From: an uncultured Bacilli bacterium | GTDB taxonomy: Bacteria > Bacillota_I > Bacilli_A > RF39 > UBA660 | Direction: 5' to 3' | DNA: 62,851 nucleotides | Assembly (NCBI GenBank): GCA_947631295.1 | Contig: CANRKU010000004.1 | Location: forward strand, 1-62,851 | Shown: positions 28,471 through 38,386 of the stretch, in pieces | How positions within the stretch are numbered: position 1 is the stretch's first letter | Layout of the letters: every line of letters begins with the position of its first letter | Position numbers and translations under genes: made by a program | The notes under the pieces: generated by a model | Databases searched by the model: none | Told to the model about the DNA's origin: nothing | Seen by the model: only the letters and a program-made list of their open reading frames with translations

Positions 28471-29334
28471 ATGAAAACAGGATTAGTAATTGTTCATTAT
28501 AATGATTATGAGTCAGTAGAACACTTGATAGAAAATGTAAAAGATTATTCTGTGATTCATAGAATTGTGATTGTTGATAATCATTCTACAAAAGAAGTAA
28601 AAAATAAATTAAAAACACTTTCTTCTAGAAAAATAAAAGTAATAGAAAATAGGAAAAATGAAGGATTTGCGAAAGCAATTAATATTGGATGTAGGGCATT
28701 AATAAAAGAATTAGGACCCTGTAATTTAATTATTTCGAATTCTGATATTATAATTGATAAAGAGGAGGATATTAAAGATTTAATTAAAGAATTGAATAAA
28801 AAATCAATTGGTGTAATAGCTCCTACTATCATAGAAAATAATCATTTAAATAGGGGATGGAGAAATCCTAGTCCATTATTAGATAGTTTATTAAATATTG
28901 TTTTTATTCATCGTTTTCTTCGCAAAAAATATGTTTTTTATAACGAAGAACATTATCAACATAGAATTAGTGTAGTAGATGTTGTCAGTGGATGTTTCTT
29001 TGTAATGAAATCTAAGACTTTAGAAAGAATTAACTATTTAGATGAAAATACTTTTTTATATTATGAAGAAAATATTTTAGCAAAAAAGATTCAACAAGAA
29101 AGATTATCTTTAGCGGTGTGTAATGATATTTTAGTAATTCATAATCATTCTGTTTCGATTGATAAAAATTTAAAGAAGATAAAAAAATTAAAATTACAAA
29201 AAGAAAGCCAATATTATTTTCAAACAACCTATAACCATGCTAATAAAATAGAGAAAGTATTATTAAAATTCACTGCTTTTACAAGTAGAATGATTTTAAC
29301 AGTTGTTTATTTTGTGAAAGATTTGGGAAAATAG
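28471..29334 (+). CDS. Family 2 glycosyltransferase (rhamnosyltransferase-like)
   Basis: N-terminal GLVIVHYNDYE...IVIVDNHST followed by NEGFAKAIN, typical of GT2. Confidence 0.8.
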   Translation: MKTGLVIVHYNDYESVEHLIENVKDYSVIHRIVIVDNHSTKEVKNKLKTLSSRKIKVIENRKNEGFAKAINIGCRALIKELGPCNLIISNSDIIIDKEEDIKDLIKELNKKSIGVIAPTIIENNHLNRGWRNPSPLLDSLLNIVFIHRFLRKKYVFYNEEHYQHRISVVDVVSGCFFVMKSKTLERINYLDENTFLYYEENILAKKIQQERLSLAVCNDILVIHNHSVSIDKNLKKIKKLKLQKESQYYFQTTYNHANKIEKVLLKFTAFTSRMILTVVYFVKDLGK

Positions 29335-29382
29335 AAATAAAAGAAATTATATTAAAAAAACAAACAAAAAATGCTATATTTC

Positions 29383-29411
29383 TTGAGATGTGTCGTTTTT
29401 TGGGTTATACT
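29383..29411 (+). promoter_or_regulatory. Internal sigmaA-type promoter ahead of the ABC exporter genes
   Basis: TTGAGA (29383-29388), 17-nt spacer, TATACT (29406-29411). Lies in the only sizeable gap of the upstream half of the locus. Confidence 0.5.
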
Positions 29412-29453
29412 AAACATAGTGACATAAATAACATAATAAGAAAGAGTGATAGG

Positions 29454-30203
29454 ATGGTAAAAAAACAAAAAGATACAATCTATGCAATTAAAATAGAAAA
29501 CCTTTCCAAAAAATTTAAAATATTTTATGATAAACACTATACTTTAAAAGAAAAACTAGTTTTCTGGAAAAACAAAAAAACAGATATGAACGAAGTGTTA
29601 AAAAATATCAATTTAGTAATAAAACAAGGAGAATCTATTGCACTAATTGGAGTGAATGGAAGTGGAAAAAGTACTCTACTTAAACTAATGACCAAAATTA
29701 TTTATCCAACAACTGGAAGCATAAAAGTTAATGGGAAATTAACCTCACTACTAGAATTAGGAGCAGGATTTCATCCAGATTTTACGGGAAGAGAAAATAT
29801 CTATTTTAATGCTTCTATTTTTGGATTAACAGCAAAAGAAATAGACGATCGTGTGAATGACATTATATCATTCTCGGAATTAGGAGATTTAATAGATAGT
29901 CCAGTTAGGACCTATTCATCTGGGCAATATATGAGATTAGCATTTTCAATAGCAATTAATGTAGATGCGGAAATTTTGTTGATAGATGAAATTTTAGCAG
30001 TAGGAGATCAACATTTTCAAGAAAAATGTTTTGAAAAATTAGTAGAATTAAAAAATAGTGGAAAAACAATCGTTATTGTTAGCCATAGTTTAGACTCTGT
30101 AAAGAGATTCTGCGATAGAGCAGTTTGGATTAATAATGGAGAAATAGCTATGGATGGAAAAATTGATAATGTTATTGAAGAATACTTAAAGGTGTGTGGA
30201 TAA
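29454..30203 (+). CDS. Polysaccharide/teichoic-acid export ABC transporter ATP-binding protein (Wzt/TagH-type, no C-terminal carbohydrate-binding extension)
   Basis: Walker A GVNGSGKST, signature YSSGQYMRL, Walker B ILLIDEILAVGD. Start set to ATG 29454 because the ORF-track start 29388 lies inside the predicted promoter. Confidence 0.9.
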   Translation: MVKKQKDTIYAIKIENLSKKFKIFYDKHYTLKEKLVFWKNKKTDMNEVLKNINLVIKQGESIALIGVNGSGKSTLLKLMTKIIYPTTGSIKVNGKLTSLLELGAGFHPDFTGRENIYFNASIFGLTAKEIDDRVNDIISFSELGDLIDSPVRTYSSGQYMRLAFSIAINVDAEILLIDEILAVGDQHFQEKCFEKLVELKNSGKTIVIVSHSLDSVKRFCDRAVWINNGEIAMDGKIDNVIEEYLKVCG

Positions 30204-30205
30204 AA

Positions 30206-30985
30206 ATGAAAGATTTACTACTGAATTTGTATAACTATCGACAGTTATTAAAGAGCAATGTAAAAAAGGAAATCCGAGGAAAATATAAAGGATCATTTTT
30301 AGGAATTTTATGGTCATTTGTAAATCCGTTATTAACTGCTCTAATCTATGCAATTGTTTTTCCTATCATTTTAAAAAGTTCAGAGCCTAATTATGTTACA
30401 TTTATTGTAATTGGAATATTACCTTGGACTTATTTCACAACTGTTATTATGCAAGCAACCAGTACTGTTTTAGTGAATGCAGGGATTATTAAAAAAGTAT
30501 ATTTTCCTAGAGAGATTCTTCCAATATCCATTAATACAAGCGGTTTAATCAATTTTTTGATTTCATGTTTAATTATATTTATTTTCTTAATTTTTAGTGG
30601 AATTGGATTTAGTTGGTATATTTTACTCTTACCATTAATTATTATGACACAATATATTTTACAGCAAGGAATTATATTTATTACTAGTGCTGTTAATGTC
30701 TATATAAGAGATGCCGAATATATCATTAATTTTTTTATTAATATGTTATTTTACGCTACACCTATTTTGTATTCAGCGGAGATGTTTAAAAATAGTTCAT
30801 TTAGTTGGATTATTAATTTCAACCCTATGGCTGTAATTATTAATTGCTATCGCGATGTCTTATTTTATAAATCTATGCCGCAAATAAAATCTTTATTGAT
30901 AGTACTATTTTTCAGTTGTATATTATCTTATATAGGATTAATTATCTTTAAAAAATTAGAAAAAGGTTTTGCAGAAGAAATTTAA
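30206..30985 (+). CDS. ABC-2 type polysaccharide/teichoic-acid export permease (Wzm/TagG-type)
   Basis: Six-TM ABC-2 permease with N-terminal KKEIRGKYKGSFLGILWSFVNPLL, the characteristic Wzm/TagG start. Confidence 0.85.
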   Translation: MKDLLLNLYNYRQLLKSNVKKEIRGKYKGSFLGILWSFVNPLLTALIYAIVFPIILKSSEPNYVTFIVIGILPWTYFTTVIMQATSTVLVNAGIIKKVYFPREILPISINTSGLINFLISCLIIFIFLIFSGIGFSWYILLLPLIIMTQYILQQGIIFITSAVNVYIRDAEYIINFFINMLFYATPILYSAEMFKNSSFSWIINFNPMAVIINCYRDVLFYKSMPQIKSLLIVLFFSCILSYIGLIIFKKLEKGFAEEI

Positions 30986-31006
30986 TTTAGAGTAGGAGGT
31001 TTTGAA

Positions 31007-33010
31007 ATGAAAAAATGTGATATTATTATACCAGTCTATAAGTCACCTGAATGGGTAAAATTATGTGTATATGCCTTATTTAAAAATACAAAAGAACAAA
31101 TCATAAATAAAGTATATTTAATTAACGACTGTGATGATGAGTTTACTAAAAATTGTTTGCAGAACTTATCACAAAAATATGGAAATAAAATTTGCATTGA
31201 ACAAAATGATAATAATCTTGGATTTGTCAAATCAACTAATAAAGGTTTGAAATTATCCAAAGCTGATTATGTACTATTGTTAAATACTGATTGTCTAGTT
31301 TCTAAAAATGCAATTGAAAAATTGATCAACCATATGGAAACTGATAAGAAAATTGGATTAATATGTCCGATATCAAGTAATGCTGCAAATTTAACTTTAG
31401 AAATGTTTGAAGGATTTAATTATAATCAAATGAATACATTGTTAGAAACAAAATTTTCTGGTTTATTATTTGATGCCTGTACTGTTGTTGGAAATTGCTT
31501 ATTAATTAGTAGAGATTGCATTAATAATGTTGGCTTTTTAGATGAAAGTTATGGCATGGGATATGGGGAGGAAACTGACTATCAATTTCAAGCAATGTCG
31601 AAAGGATATACAGCAAAAGTAGCTATTGATACTTATGTATTTCACAAATCGGAGGTATCATTTGGAACCTCTAAAGAAAAACAGAAACGATTAAATAAAA
31701 ATAGAGAATTATTTTTTTCTAGATGGGGGAAACAATATAATGAAGAATTAAAAAAATATAATGAAAATAACCCAATTTCATATATTAAAAATCATTTAAC
31801 AGAAAAAGATAGGATGAGTCAAGTAAATACATTATTTTATCTAAATGGAATTGTACAAAATGCTGGCGGAGTACATGTAGTTGTTGATATAGTAAATTAT
31901 TTAGTAATTAATGATATCAGTATCAATATTGTATATGATTTTATGTCCGAATATAAAGAAATTATGTTATTTAACCCAATCCCATCATCAAAAATGGCAG
32001 ACATTAACCCTAAACAAATTATTTCCACAATTTATCAAACGGCATTTACAGCGAAAAAAATTACTAATGAAAAAAATATAAGATTGATATCATTTATTCA
32101 GGGATATGAAAGTTATTTTGAAAATGGTAGTATATATGGAATAGTAGAAACTAGCTATAAACTTGCAGATTCATTATTTACGATTTCAAAATACTTACAA
32201 GATGAATTAAAAAATGTCTTTAATAAAGATTCCTTTTTAATTCCCAATGGAATTAATTATGACTTAATTGGAAAAGAAAATAAAAATAAAAAAATAGAAA
32301 CAATTACCATAGTATTACGAAATAATATAATGAAAGGCGATTGGTTATTACTGGATGTTATAAAGAAAATAAGTAATTTATTTAATAAATTAAAGATTAA
32401 TGTTGTTTATTTTAATGAAAAAATTGAATTTCCACAAATAAAAAATAACACCATAAAATTGAATAAAATTATTGGACCTTTAAGTAGAAATGAAATGTTT
32501 CAACTACTACAGCAATCAGATATTTACATTGACTGTTCATTATCAGAAGGTTTTGGATTAACGGCACTTGAAGCAATGGCAGCAGGCTGTATACCAATTT
32601 CATCTAATTCAAAGGGTGTAAAAGAGTATATAAAAGATGGAATTAATGGTTATATTGTTAATGAGGTAAATGACTCTGATGCTTATATTGAAAAACTAAA
32701 GAAAATTATTGAATCAGATGAATTATATGGAAAATTAAAGAAAAATATTTTAAAAACGGCAAAACAGTTTGATCTAGATAATATTATAAAAAAATATATT
32801 GATTTTTTACAAAATAATGACAACTATTTATTAAAAAAAGAAAAACTAACCCAAGAGGATCAAAGAATCATTGAGAAAATGACATCTATTCAAACTGGAC
32901 AAATAGTAAAACAAAGAAAAATATATAAATTGGCAAAAATAATACCAAAAAGAATGAAAAATAAACTAAAAAAGGTAATTACATTTTTATACTTTTGCTT
33001 TGAGCATTAA
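31007..33010 (+). CDS. Bifunctional glycosyltransferase (N-terminal GT2, C-terminal GT4)
   Basis: 667 aa. GT2 block CDIIIPVYKSPEW...LINDCDDE...YGEETD. GT4 block SLSEGFGLTALEAMAAGCIPISSN. Confidence 0.8.
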   Translation: MKKCDIIIPVYKSPEWVKLCVYALFKNTKEQIINKVYLINDCDDEFTKNCLQNLSQKYGNKICIEQNDNNLGFVKSTNKGLKLSKADYVLLLNTDCLVSKNAIEKLINHMETDKKIGLICPISSNAANLTLEMFEGFNYNQMNTLLETKFSGLLFDACTVVGNCLLISRDCINNVGFLDESYGMGYGEETDYQFQAMSKGYTAKVAIDTYVFHKSEVSFGTSKEKQKRLNKNRELFFSRWGKQYNEELKKYNENNPISYIKNHLTEKDRMSQVNTLFYLNGIVQNAGGVHVVVDIVNYLVINDISINIVYDFMSEYKEIMLFNPIPSSKMADINPKQIISTIYQTAFTAKKITNEKNIRLISFIQGYESYFENGSIYGIVETSYKLADSLFTISKYLQDELKNVFNKDSFLIPNGINYDLIGKENKNKKIETITIVLRNNIMKGDWLLLDVIKKISNLFNKLKINVVYFNEKIEFPQIKNNTIKLNKIIGPLSRNEMFQLLQQSDIYIDCSLSEGFGLTALEAMAAGCIPISSNSKGVKEYIKDGINGYIVNEVNDSDAYIEKLKKIIESDELYGKLKKNILKTAKQFDLDNIIKKYIDFLQNNDNYLLKKEKLTQEDQRIIEKMTSIQTGQIVKQRKIYKLAKIIPKRMKNKLKKVITFLYFCFEH

Positions 33011-33037
33011 TATGTTAATATAGGGGGGAGTAACCAA

Positions 33038-34159
33038 ATGGAAAAAATATATGTAACAAAACCATATTTACCAAGCAAAGAAAAATTTAATGAATACTTA
33101 GATGAAATTTGGAAAACAAAAATTTTAACAAATAATGGACCATTGAGTCAACAATTAATTGAAAAGCTTAAAATGAGAATAGGTAATAATAATATTAATT
33201 TATTCTGCAATGGTCACCAAGCATTAGAAATCACTTTAAAAAGTTTGAATATGAAAGCAGGTGGGGAAATAATCACGACTCCATTTACCTTCGTCTCTAC
33301 TACTCATGCAATTGTGAATTGTGGTTTTAAACCAGTTTTCTGTGATATTAAAATGTCAAATTTTACAATTGATGAAGATCAAATAGAAAGTTTAATTACA
33401 GAAGACACTGTTGCAATTTTAGCTGTACATGTTTATGGATTCCCATGTAATGTAAATAAAATTCAAAAAATAGCAGACAAATATCATTTGAAAGTTATAT
33501 ATGATGCAGCCCATGCTTTTGGCGTAAAATATAATGAAAATAGTTTACTAAATTATGGTGATGCTTCTATAGTATCCTTCCATGCTACTAAACTTTTTAA
33601 TACTATTGAGGGAGGAATGTCTGTTAGTAAAAATTATGATATATATGACAGGCAGAAAAGAATAGAAAATTTTGGAATAACAGACTATGATTGTGTAAAT
33701 TATATAGGGACTAATGCAAAAATGAATGAATTTCAGGCTGCTATGGGATTATCAACAATTGACGATTTAGATGATATCATTAATCGAAGAAAAAAAATTG
33801 TCGAAATGTATAAAGAAGAATTGTCAAATGTAAAAGGAATCATAATGGCTAATTATGAGATAGAGAACACATTATGCAATTATGCGTATTTTCCAATAGT
33901 GATTCTACAAAAAGAGTATGGATTAACACGTGATGAAACAAAACAATTACTGGAAAATCATTATATATATCCTAGAAAATATTTCTATCCAATAACTAGT
34001 GACTTAGATTGTTATAAGCAGGATTATTCATATTTTCAGAAATACGAATTAGATAATGCTCGTTTTGTTTCAAATAACGTACTAACTTTACCACTCTATT
34101 ATGATCTAGAAGAAGAAAATGTCAAGAAAATATGCAAAATACTAAGGAGTAAGAAATAA
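33038..34159 (+). CDS. DegT/DnrJ/EryC1/StrS-family PLP-dependent sugar aminotransferase
   Basis: 373 aa. Contains DAAHAFG and SFHATKLF (PLP-binding Lys), the characteristic sugar aminotransferase layout. Confidence 0.9.
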   Translation: MEKIYVTKPYLPSKEKFNEYLDEIWKTKILTNNGPLSQQLIEKLKMRIGNNNINLFCNGHQALEITLKSLNMKAGGEIITTPFTFVSTTHAIVNCGFKPVFCDIKMSNFTIDEDQIESLITEDTVAILAVHVYGFPCNVNKIQKIADKYHLKVIYDAAHAFGVKYNENSLLNYGDASIVSFHATKLFNTIEGGMSVSKNYDIYDRQKRIENFGITDYDCVNYIGTNAKMNEFQAAMGLSTIDDLDDIINRRKKIVEMYKEELSNVKGIIMANYEIENTLCNYAYFPIVILQKEYGLTRDETKQLLENHYIYPRKYFYPITSDLDCYKQDYSYFQKYELDNARFVSNNVLTLPLYYDLEEENVKKICKILRSKK

Positions 34160-34770
34160 TGAATTATTTAATTGGAGCTGGAGGGCATGCTACTGTTATC
34201 AAGAATATAGCATCTAAGAATAACTTTCATTTAGATGGAGTTTTTTATGACGGAGACGGACAAAATTTAACTATGTTAAAAAAAGTTGGAAATATGCAGG
34301 ATATTAAAAACTATATTTTCAATAATCAGTTTATAATTGCTTTTGGTGATATTGCTAATAGGGTAAAGTTAATAAAAAATTTAGAAAAAGAGAATATACA
34401 GTGGTTTACTTTAATTGATCCAAGCGCTATCATTGGAAATGATGTAGAGATTGGGAAAAATACTGTAATTATGCCTGGCGCAATCATAAATGCGGGTGCT
34501 AAAATTGGAAACCATGTAATTATAAATAGTGGTGCAATTATTGAACATGGTTGCATTATCGAAGATTATGTACATATTTCCCCAGGTAGTACAATTTGCG
34601 GTAATTCAGTTATTAAAGAAGGAAGCTGGGTTGGGGCTAATAGTGTAGTGATAAATGCAATAGAAATTGGCAGAAATGTAACAATTGGCGCTGGATCTGT
34701 AGTAATCAATAATATTGAATCCAATCAAAAGGTCGTTGGAAATCCAGCAAAAATATTAGTAAAAAAATAA
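34159..34770 (+). CDS. NeuD/PglD-family sugar N-acetyltransferase (left-handed beta-helix)
   Basis: 203 aa. N-terminal Rossmann-like LIGAGGHATVI plus hexapeptide repeats (IGKNTVIMPGAIINAGAKIGNHVIINSGAIIEHG...). Start overlaps the aminotransferase stop. Confidence 0.85.
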   Translation: MNYLIGAGGHATVIKNIASKNNFHLDGVFYDGDGQNLTMLKKVGNMQDIKNYIFNNQFIIAFGDIANRVKLIKNLEKENIQWFTLIDPSAIIGNDVEIGKNTVIMPGAIINAGAKIGNHVIINSGAIIEHGCIIEDYVHISPGSTICGNSVIKEGSWVGANSVVINAIEIGRNVTIGAGSVVINNIESNQKVVGNPAKILVKK

Positions 34771-34795
34771 TTCAATTAGGAAATCAGGAGGTAAT

Positions 34796-37261
34796 ATGAA
34801 AAACACTTTAAATTATTCATGGCTAATTCCTTTAGTTGAAACAGAAAATTTTCGAAATGTTTTAATTATTGACAGTAAAAATAAAGAAAATTTTATAGAA
34901 CTATCTGATACAATTTCTAATATTAGCGGTAATTTAATAATTGCTACAGATCATATTGCACCAAAAGATAATTCATCAATTATTCAAACTAATAAAAATA
35001 TAAGAGAAATTATAACAGTTTTGCAATTAAAAAAAATTAAGTTAGATTTATTAGTAATAAATGATAATTTAGAAAATTTATATGAATTACTAAAAAATTT
35101 AGTAGAAAATGATGGGCTAATTTTAATCAATAAAAAAATAAAACTAAATTCTATAAATAAAATAGATGTGTATTGTAATAAAATTTTTAGTACCAATGAT
35201 TATAATATATTTATAATTAAAAAAAATAATAAACATATTAGATACTATCAGGAAATTGATACTAGATTAGAAAATATTGAAAATAAAATTAAAAATAGAG
35301 TTATCAATACTAATGTAGTTGGTGTTGGTGTTTTAACATATAACCACGAAAAATATATTTTAGAATGTTTAAGAGGAATTTTTAAACAAAGAGGTAATTT
35401 TAAAATTAATTTATTAATTATAGATGATTGTTCATCAGATGATACTGCTAATATAATTGAACAATTTTTAAAAGAAACTAAAAATAAACAAATTAAAGTA
35501 AGCTTTATAAAAAATGATCAAAACCAGGGAATGATAGCCAATTTTAAAGTATTAATTGAATATTTTAAGAACACAACATACTTTACTTTTTGCGAAGGTG
35601 ATGACTATTGGATTTCCCCCTTTAGAATAGAAAAGCTTATAAATCACATGCAACAGAATCCTTCTTTATCACTATGTTTTAATAATTTTTATCTATATAA
35701 TGAAAGTAAATATTTAAAAAAATTCGAAGATCAAATGGAAGTAACATTAGATAAAAGATTTTATAATTCTAGAGACTTGATTGAAAAAATTAATTTCATA
35801 GGTAATTTTAGTTGTTGTTTTTATGATTCATACTACTTAAATAAAATAGATGAAGATATTTACGATTTAACAGTATATGATTTTTTATTTAATGTTATAT
35901 ATGCTAATTTTGGATTTATCGGAAATTTATATGAATATTTATCAGTATACAGATATCATGATAATTCAATCTGGTCTTCACAAAAAGATGTCGAAAAAAG
36001 TTTAAAAATGCTGAAATATATCAATGAATATAATTTATATACTAATTTTGTATATGATCCGGAATATAGAAAATATCAAAATATTTTAATGAATCATAAT
36101 ATCCCAGATAACTTTATAGACGTTGATATTATGATTATTGATAATATTTTTCCTAGTGAACTTAGTCAATTTACATACCAGGAAATAACTTCATATTTAA
36201 ACCATTTTAAAAATAGTGTATGCATTTCTACTGGAGAATTTTTAACTTGTTTTAATGATGATAATTTTGATATTGAAATCCAAAAATATAAAATAAAATA
36301 TCCTCTATTACATACAAAAGTTATGGATTATAGTGATAATAAGGTTAGAATATATCGTCCACAATTACTATATTTTATATTTTTCTCAACAGTAAAACTA
36401 AATTGGAGATACATCTCCAAGAAGAAAGTACCATTTATATTTGAACTTTATCCTGGTGGAGGATTCTTCTTTGATGACCCTGATTGTGATTATATGTTAA
36501 AAAAAATTATGTCTTCTAAATATTTTAGAAAAGTTATTGTAACTCAAAGTATTGTAAAAGATTATTTATTGAAGAAAAAATTATGCAAAGAAAATCAAAT
36601 TGAGTTTATTTTTGGTGTAGTTATGCCTTTAAATTCTATAGAACTTAAATATAATCAAAAGAAAAACTACATAATAGATAAACCTAATTTAGATATTGTT
36701 TTTATGGCACACAAATATACTAAATTTGGAATTGATAAAGGTTATGATATTTTTATAGAGGTTGCTAAAAAGCTATCCGATTTACATGATAATATTTTTT
36801 TTCATGTTGTAGGTGGATTTAATGAAGAAGATATTGATGTTTCAAATATATATCATCGAATAAAATTTTATGGTAATTTAACAAAAGAAGATTTTGATAA
36901 ATTTTTTATTGATAAAGATATCATAGTCTCTCCCAATATTCCTAACGTAATTGCTCCAGGTGCTTTTGATGGTTTTCCAACTGCTAGTTGTACTGAAGCT
37001 GGATTAAGAAAGACATCTATATTCTGTACGGATTGTTTATCTATGAATTCTAATAGATATAAAATAGGAACTGAGATAGAAATTATTGATCATAATGCGG
37101 ATAATATTGTAAATAAAATCAATTATTATTATAATCATCCAAAAGAATTAAAACAATTAGGAAATAATGGTTCTATTGCAATTAAAAAATTATATGATTA
37201 TGAACATCAAATAAAGCCCCGTATTGATATTTTAGAAAAGTATATTAGAAAGGATTTATAA
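34796..37261 (+). CDS. Large multidomain glycosyltransferase (unknown N-terminal module, central GT2, C-terminal GT4/GT1-like)
   Basis: 821 aa. Central VGVGVLTYNHEKYILECL...LLIIDDCSSDDT...EGDDYW block (GT2). C-terminal DIVFMAHKYTKFGIDKGYD...FHVVGG...DGFPTASCTEAGL block (GT-B-like). Confidence 0.7.
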   Translation: MKNTLNYSWLIPLVETENFRNVLIIDSKNKENFIELSDTISNISGNLIIATDHIAPKDNSSIIQTNKNIREIITVLQLKKIKLDLLVINDNLENLYELLKNLVENDGLILINKKIKLNSINKIDVYCNKIFSTNDYNIFIIKKNNKHIRYYQEIDTRLENIENKIKNRVINTNVVGVGVLTYNHEKYILECLRGIFKQRGNFKINLLIIDDCSSDDTANIIEQFLKETKNKQIKVSFIKNDQNQGMIANFKVLIEYFKNTTYFTFCEGDDYWISPFRIEKLINHMQQNPSLSLCFNNFYLYNESKYLKKFEDQMEVTLDKRFYNSRDLIEKINFIGNFSCCFYDSYYLNKIDEDIYDLTVYDFLFNVIYANFGFIGNLYEYLSVYRYHDNSIWSSQKDVEKSLKMLKYINEYNLYTNFVYDPEYRKYQNILMNHNIPDNFIDVDIMIIDNIFPSELSQFTYQEITSYLNHFKNSVCISTGEFLTCFNDDNFDIEIQKYKIKYPLLHTKVMDYSDNKVRIYRPQLLYFIFFSTVKLNWRYISKKKVPFIFELYPGGGFFFDDPDCDYMLKKIMSSKYFRKVIVTQSIVKDYLLKKKLCKENQIEFIFGVVMPLNSIELKYNQKKNYIIDKPNLDIVFMAHKYTKFGIDKGYDIFIEVAKKLSDLHDNIFFHVVGGFNEEDIDVSNIYHRIKFYGNLTKEDFDKFFIDKDIIVSPNIPNVIAPGAFDGFPTASCTEAGLRKTSIFCTDCLSMNSNRYKIGTEIEIIDHNADNIVNKINYYYNHPKELKQLGNNGSIAIKKLYDYEHQIKPRIDILEKYIRKDL

Positions 37262-37263
37262 AA

Positions 37264-38364
37264 ATGGAAAAAGTAAAAATTAGCGTATTAATTCCCTCAT
37301 ATAATCATGGAAAATTTATAAAACAATGTATTGATAGTGTAATCAATCAAACATATAAAAATATTGAAATATTAATAGGTGATGATTTTTCAACGGATAA
37401 TTCTAAAAGTATTATCAATTCCTATGATGATTCAAGAATAAAAAAATTTTTTTATATGAAGAACAGTGGTGGATCAGAAAATTTAAATAAGCTAATTGAT
37501 ATGGCTAATGGCGAATATATTGCTATTCTCAATTCTGATGATTATTGGGAAAAAGATAAATTAGAGAAACAACTAAATTTTATGGAACAAAATAAAAAAT
37601 ATGCAGCATGTTTTACTTGGGTACAATATATTAATAAGTCTGGAGAAAAAATATTTCCAGAAAATATATTTATCCAAGATAATAAAACTCAGGCAGAATG
37701 GCTAAAGTATTTTTTTGAAAAAGGTAATTGTTTGTGTCACCCTAGTATCCTAATTAGAAAAAAAATTTATGATGAAATTGGAAAATATAATGTTAGGTGT
37801 AGACAAATTCCAGATTTTACATTATGGCTTAAAATTATTCAAAAGTACCCAATTTATGTTATGCCCGAATTGTTAGTAAATTTTAGGTGGTTTGGTGATG
37901 AAAGAAATACATCAGGATTTTCAATTGAAAATATGAATAGAACATATCATGAATACCACATGTTAGCTGAAGAAATATTAAATGATACTTCTTTAGAATT
38001 ATTGCATGATGCTTTTGATATTGATAAAGAAAAATGCTTAAAAAATGATATTTTATATCAATATGAAAAAAATATGATTTTATTCGACAGCCCTATATTA
38101 GGAAATATGGGAAAATTGGTAGCTTATTCTAATATAGGAAAATTATTAGAAGTAGAAAAAAACAGGGATATGTTAGAAAAAGAATATGGATTTGATATAA
38201 ATACCTATTATAAAATGGGAGAAGATTTAAATTTTGAAGAAATTAAAATTACTAATACTATTGAAAAAGTGCCAGATGCAATAGCCTATTCAAGAGGATA
38301 TAGGTTTCTCAATAGAGTTTACAACTCACGATTGTATGCAATAATAAGAAAAAAAAGAATTTAA
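37264..38364 (+). CDS. Family 2 glycosyltransferase
   Basis: ISVLIPSYNHGKFIKQCIDSVINQTY...ILIGDDFSTDNS...LNSDDYW. Confidence 0.8.
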   Translation: MEKVKISVLIPSYNHGKFIKQCIDSVINQTYKNIEILIGDDFSTDNSKSIINSYDDSRIKKFFYMKNSGGSENLNKLIDMANGEYIAILNSDDYWEKDKLEKQLNFMEQNKKYAACFTWVQYINKSGEKIFPENIFIQDNKTQAEWLKYFFEKGNCLCHPSILIRKKIYDEIGKYNVRCRQIPDFTLWLKIIQKYPIYVMPELLVNFRWFGDERNTSGFSIENMNRTYHEYHMLAEEILNDTSLELLHDAFDIDKEKCLKNDILYQYEKNMILFDSPILGNMGKLVAYSNIGKLLEVEKNRDMLEKEYGFDINTYYKMGEDLNFEEIKITNTIEKVPDAIAYSRGYRFLNRVYNSRLYAIIRKKRI

Positions 38365-38386
38365 TTTTTTGTAGAAGGATGCTAGA

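Noticed and set aside
29388-29453. 5' extensions of ORF-track starts: 29388 for the ABC ATPase, 45124 for the GT4, 46711 for Alg13-GtrA, 8280 for trmR, 4472 for the rhomboid, 44429 for the sortase, 13950 for the dehydratase-like gene and 11845 for the micro-protein.
   Set aside because: The extended starts lack an RBS. They overlap predicted promoters (29383-29411, 45106-45134) or upstream coding sequence, whereas internal ATGs have good Shine-Dalgarno spacing and yield family-typical N-termini.
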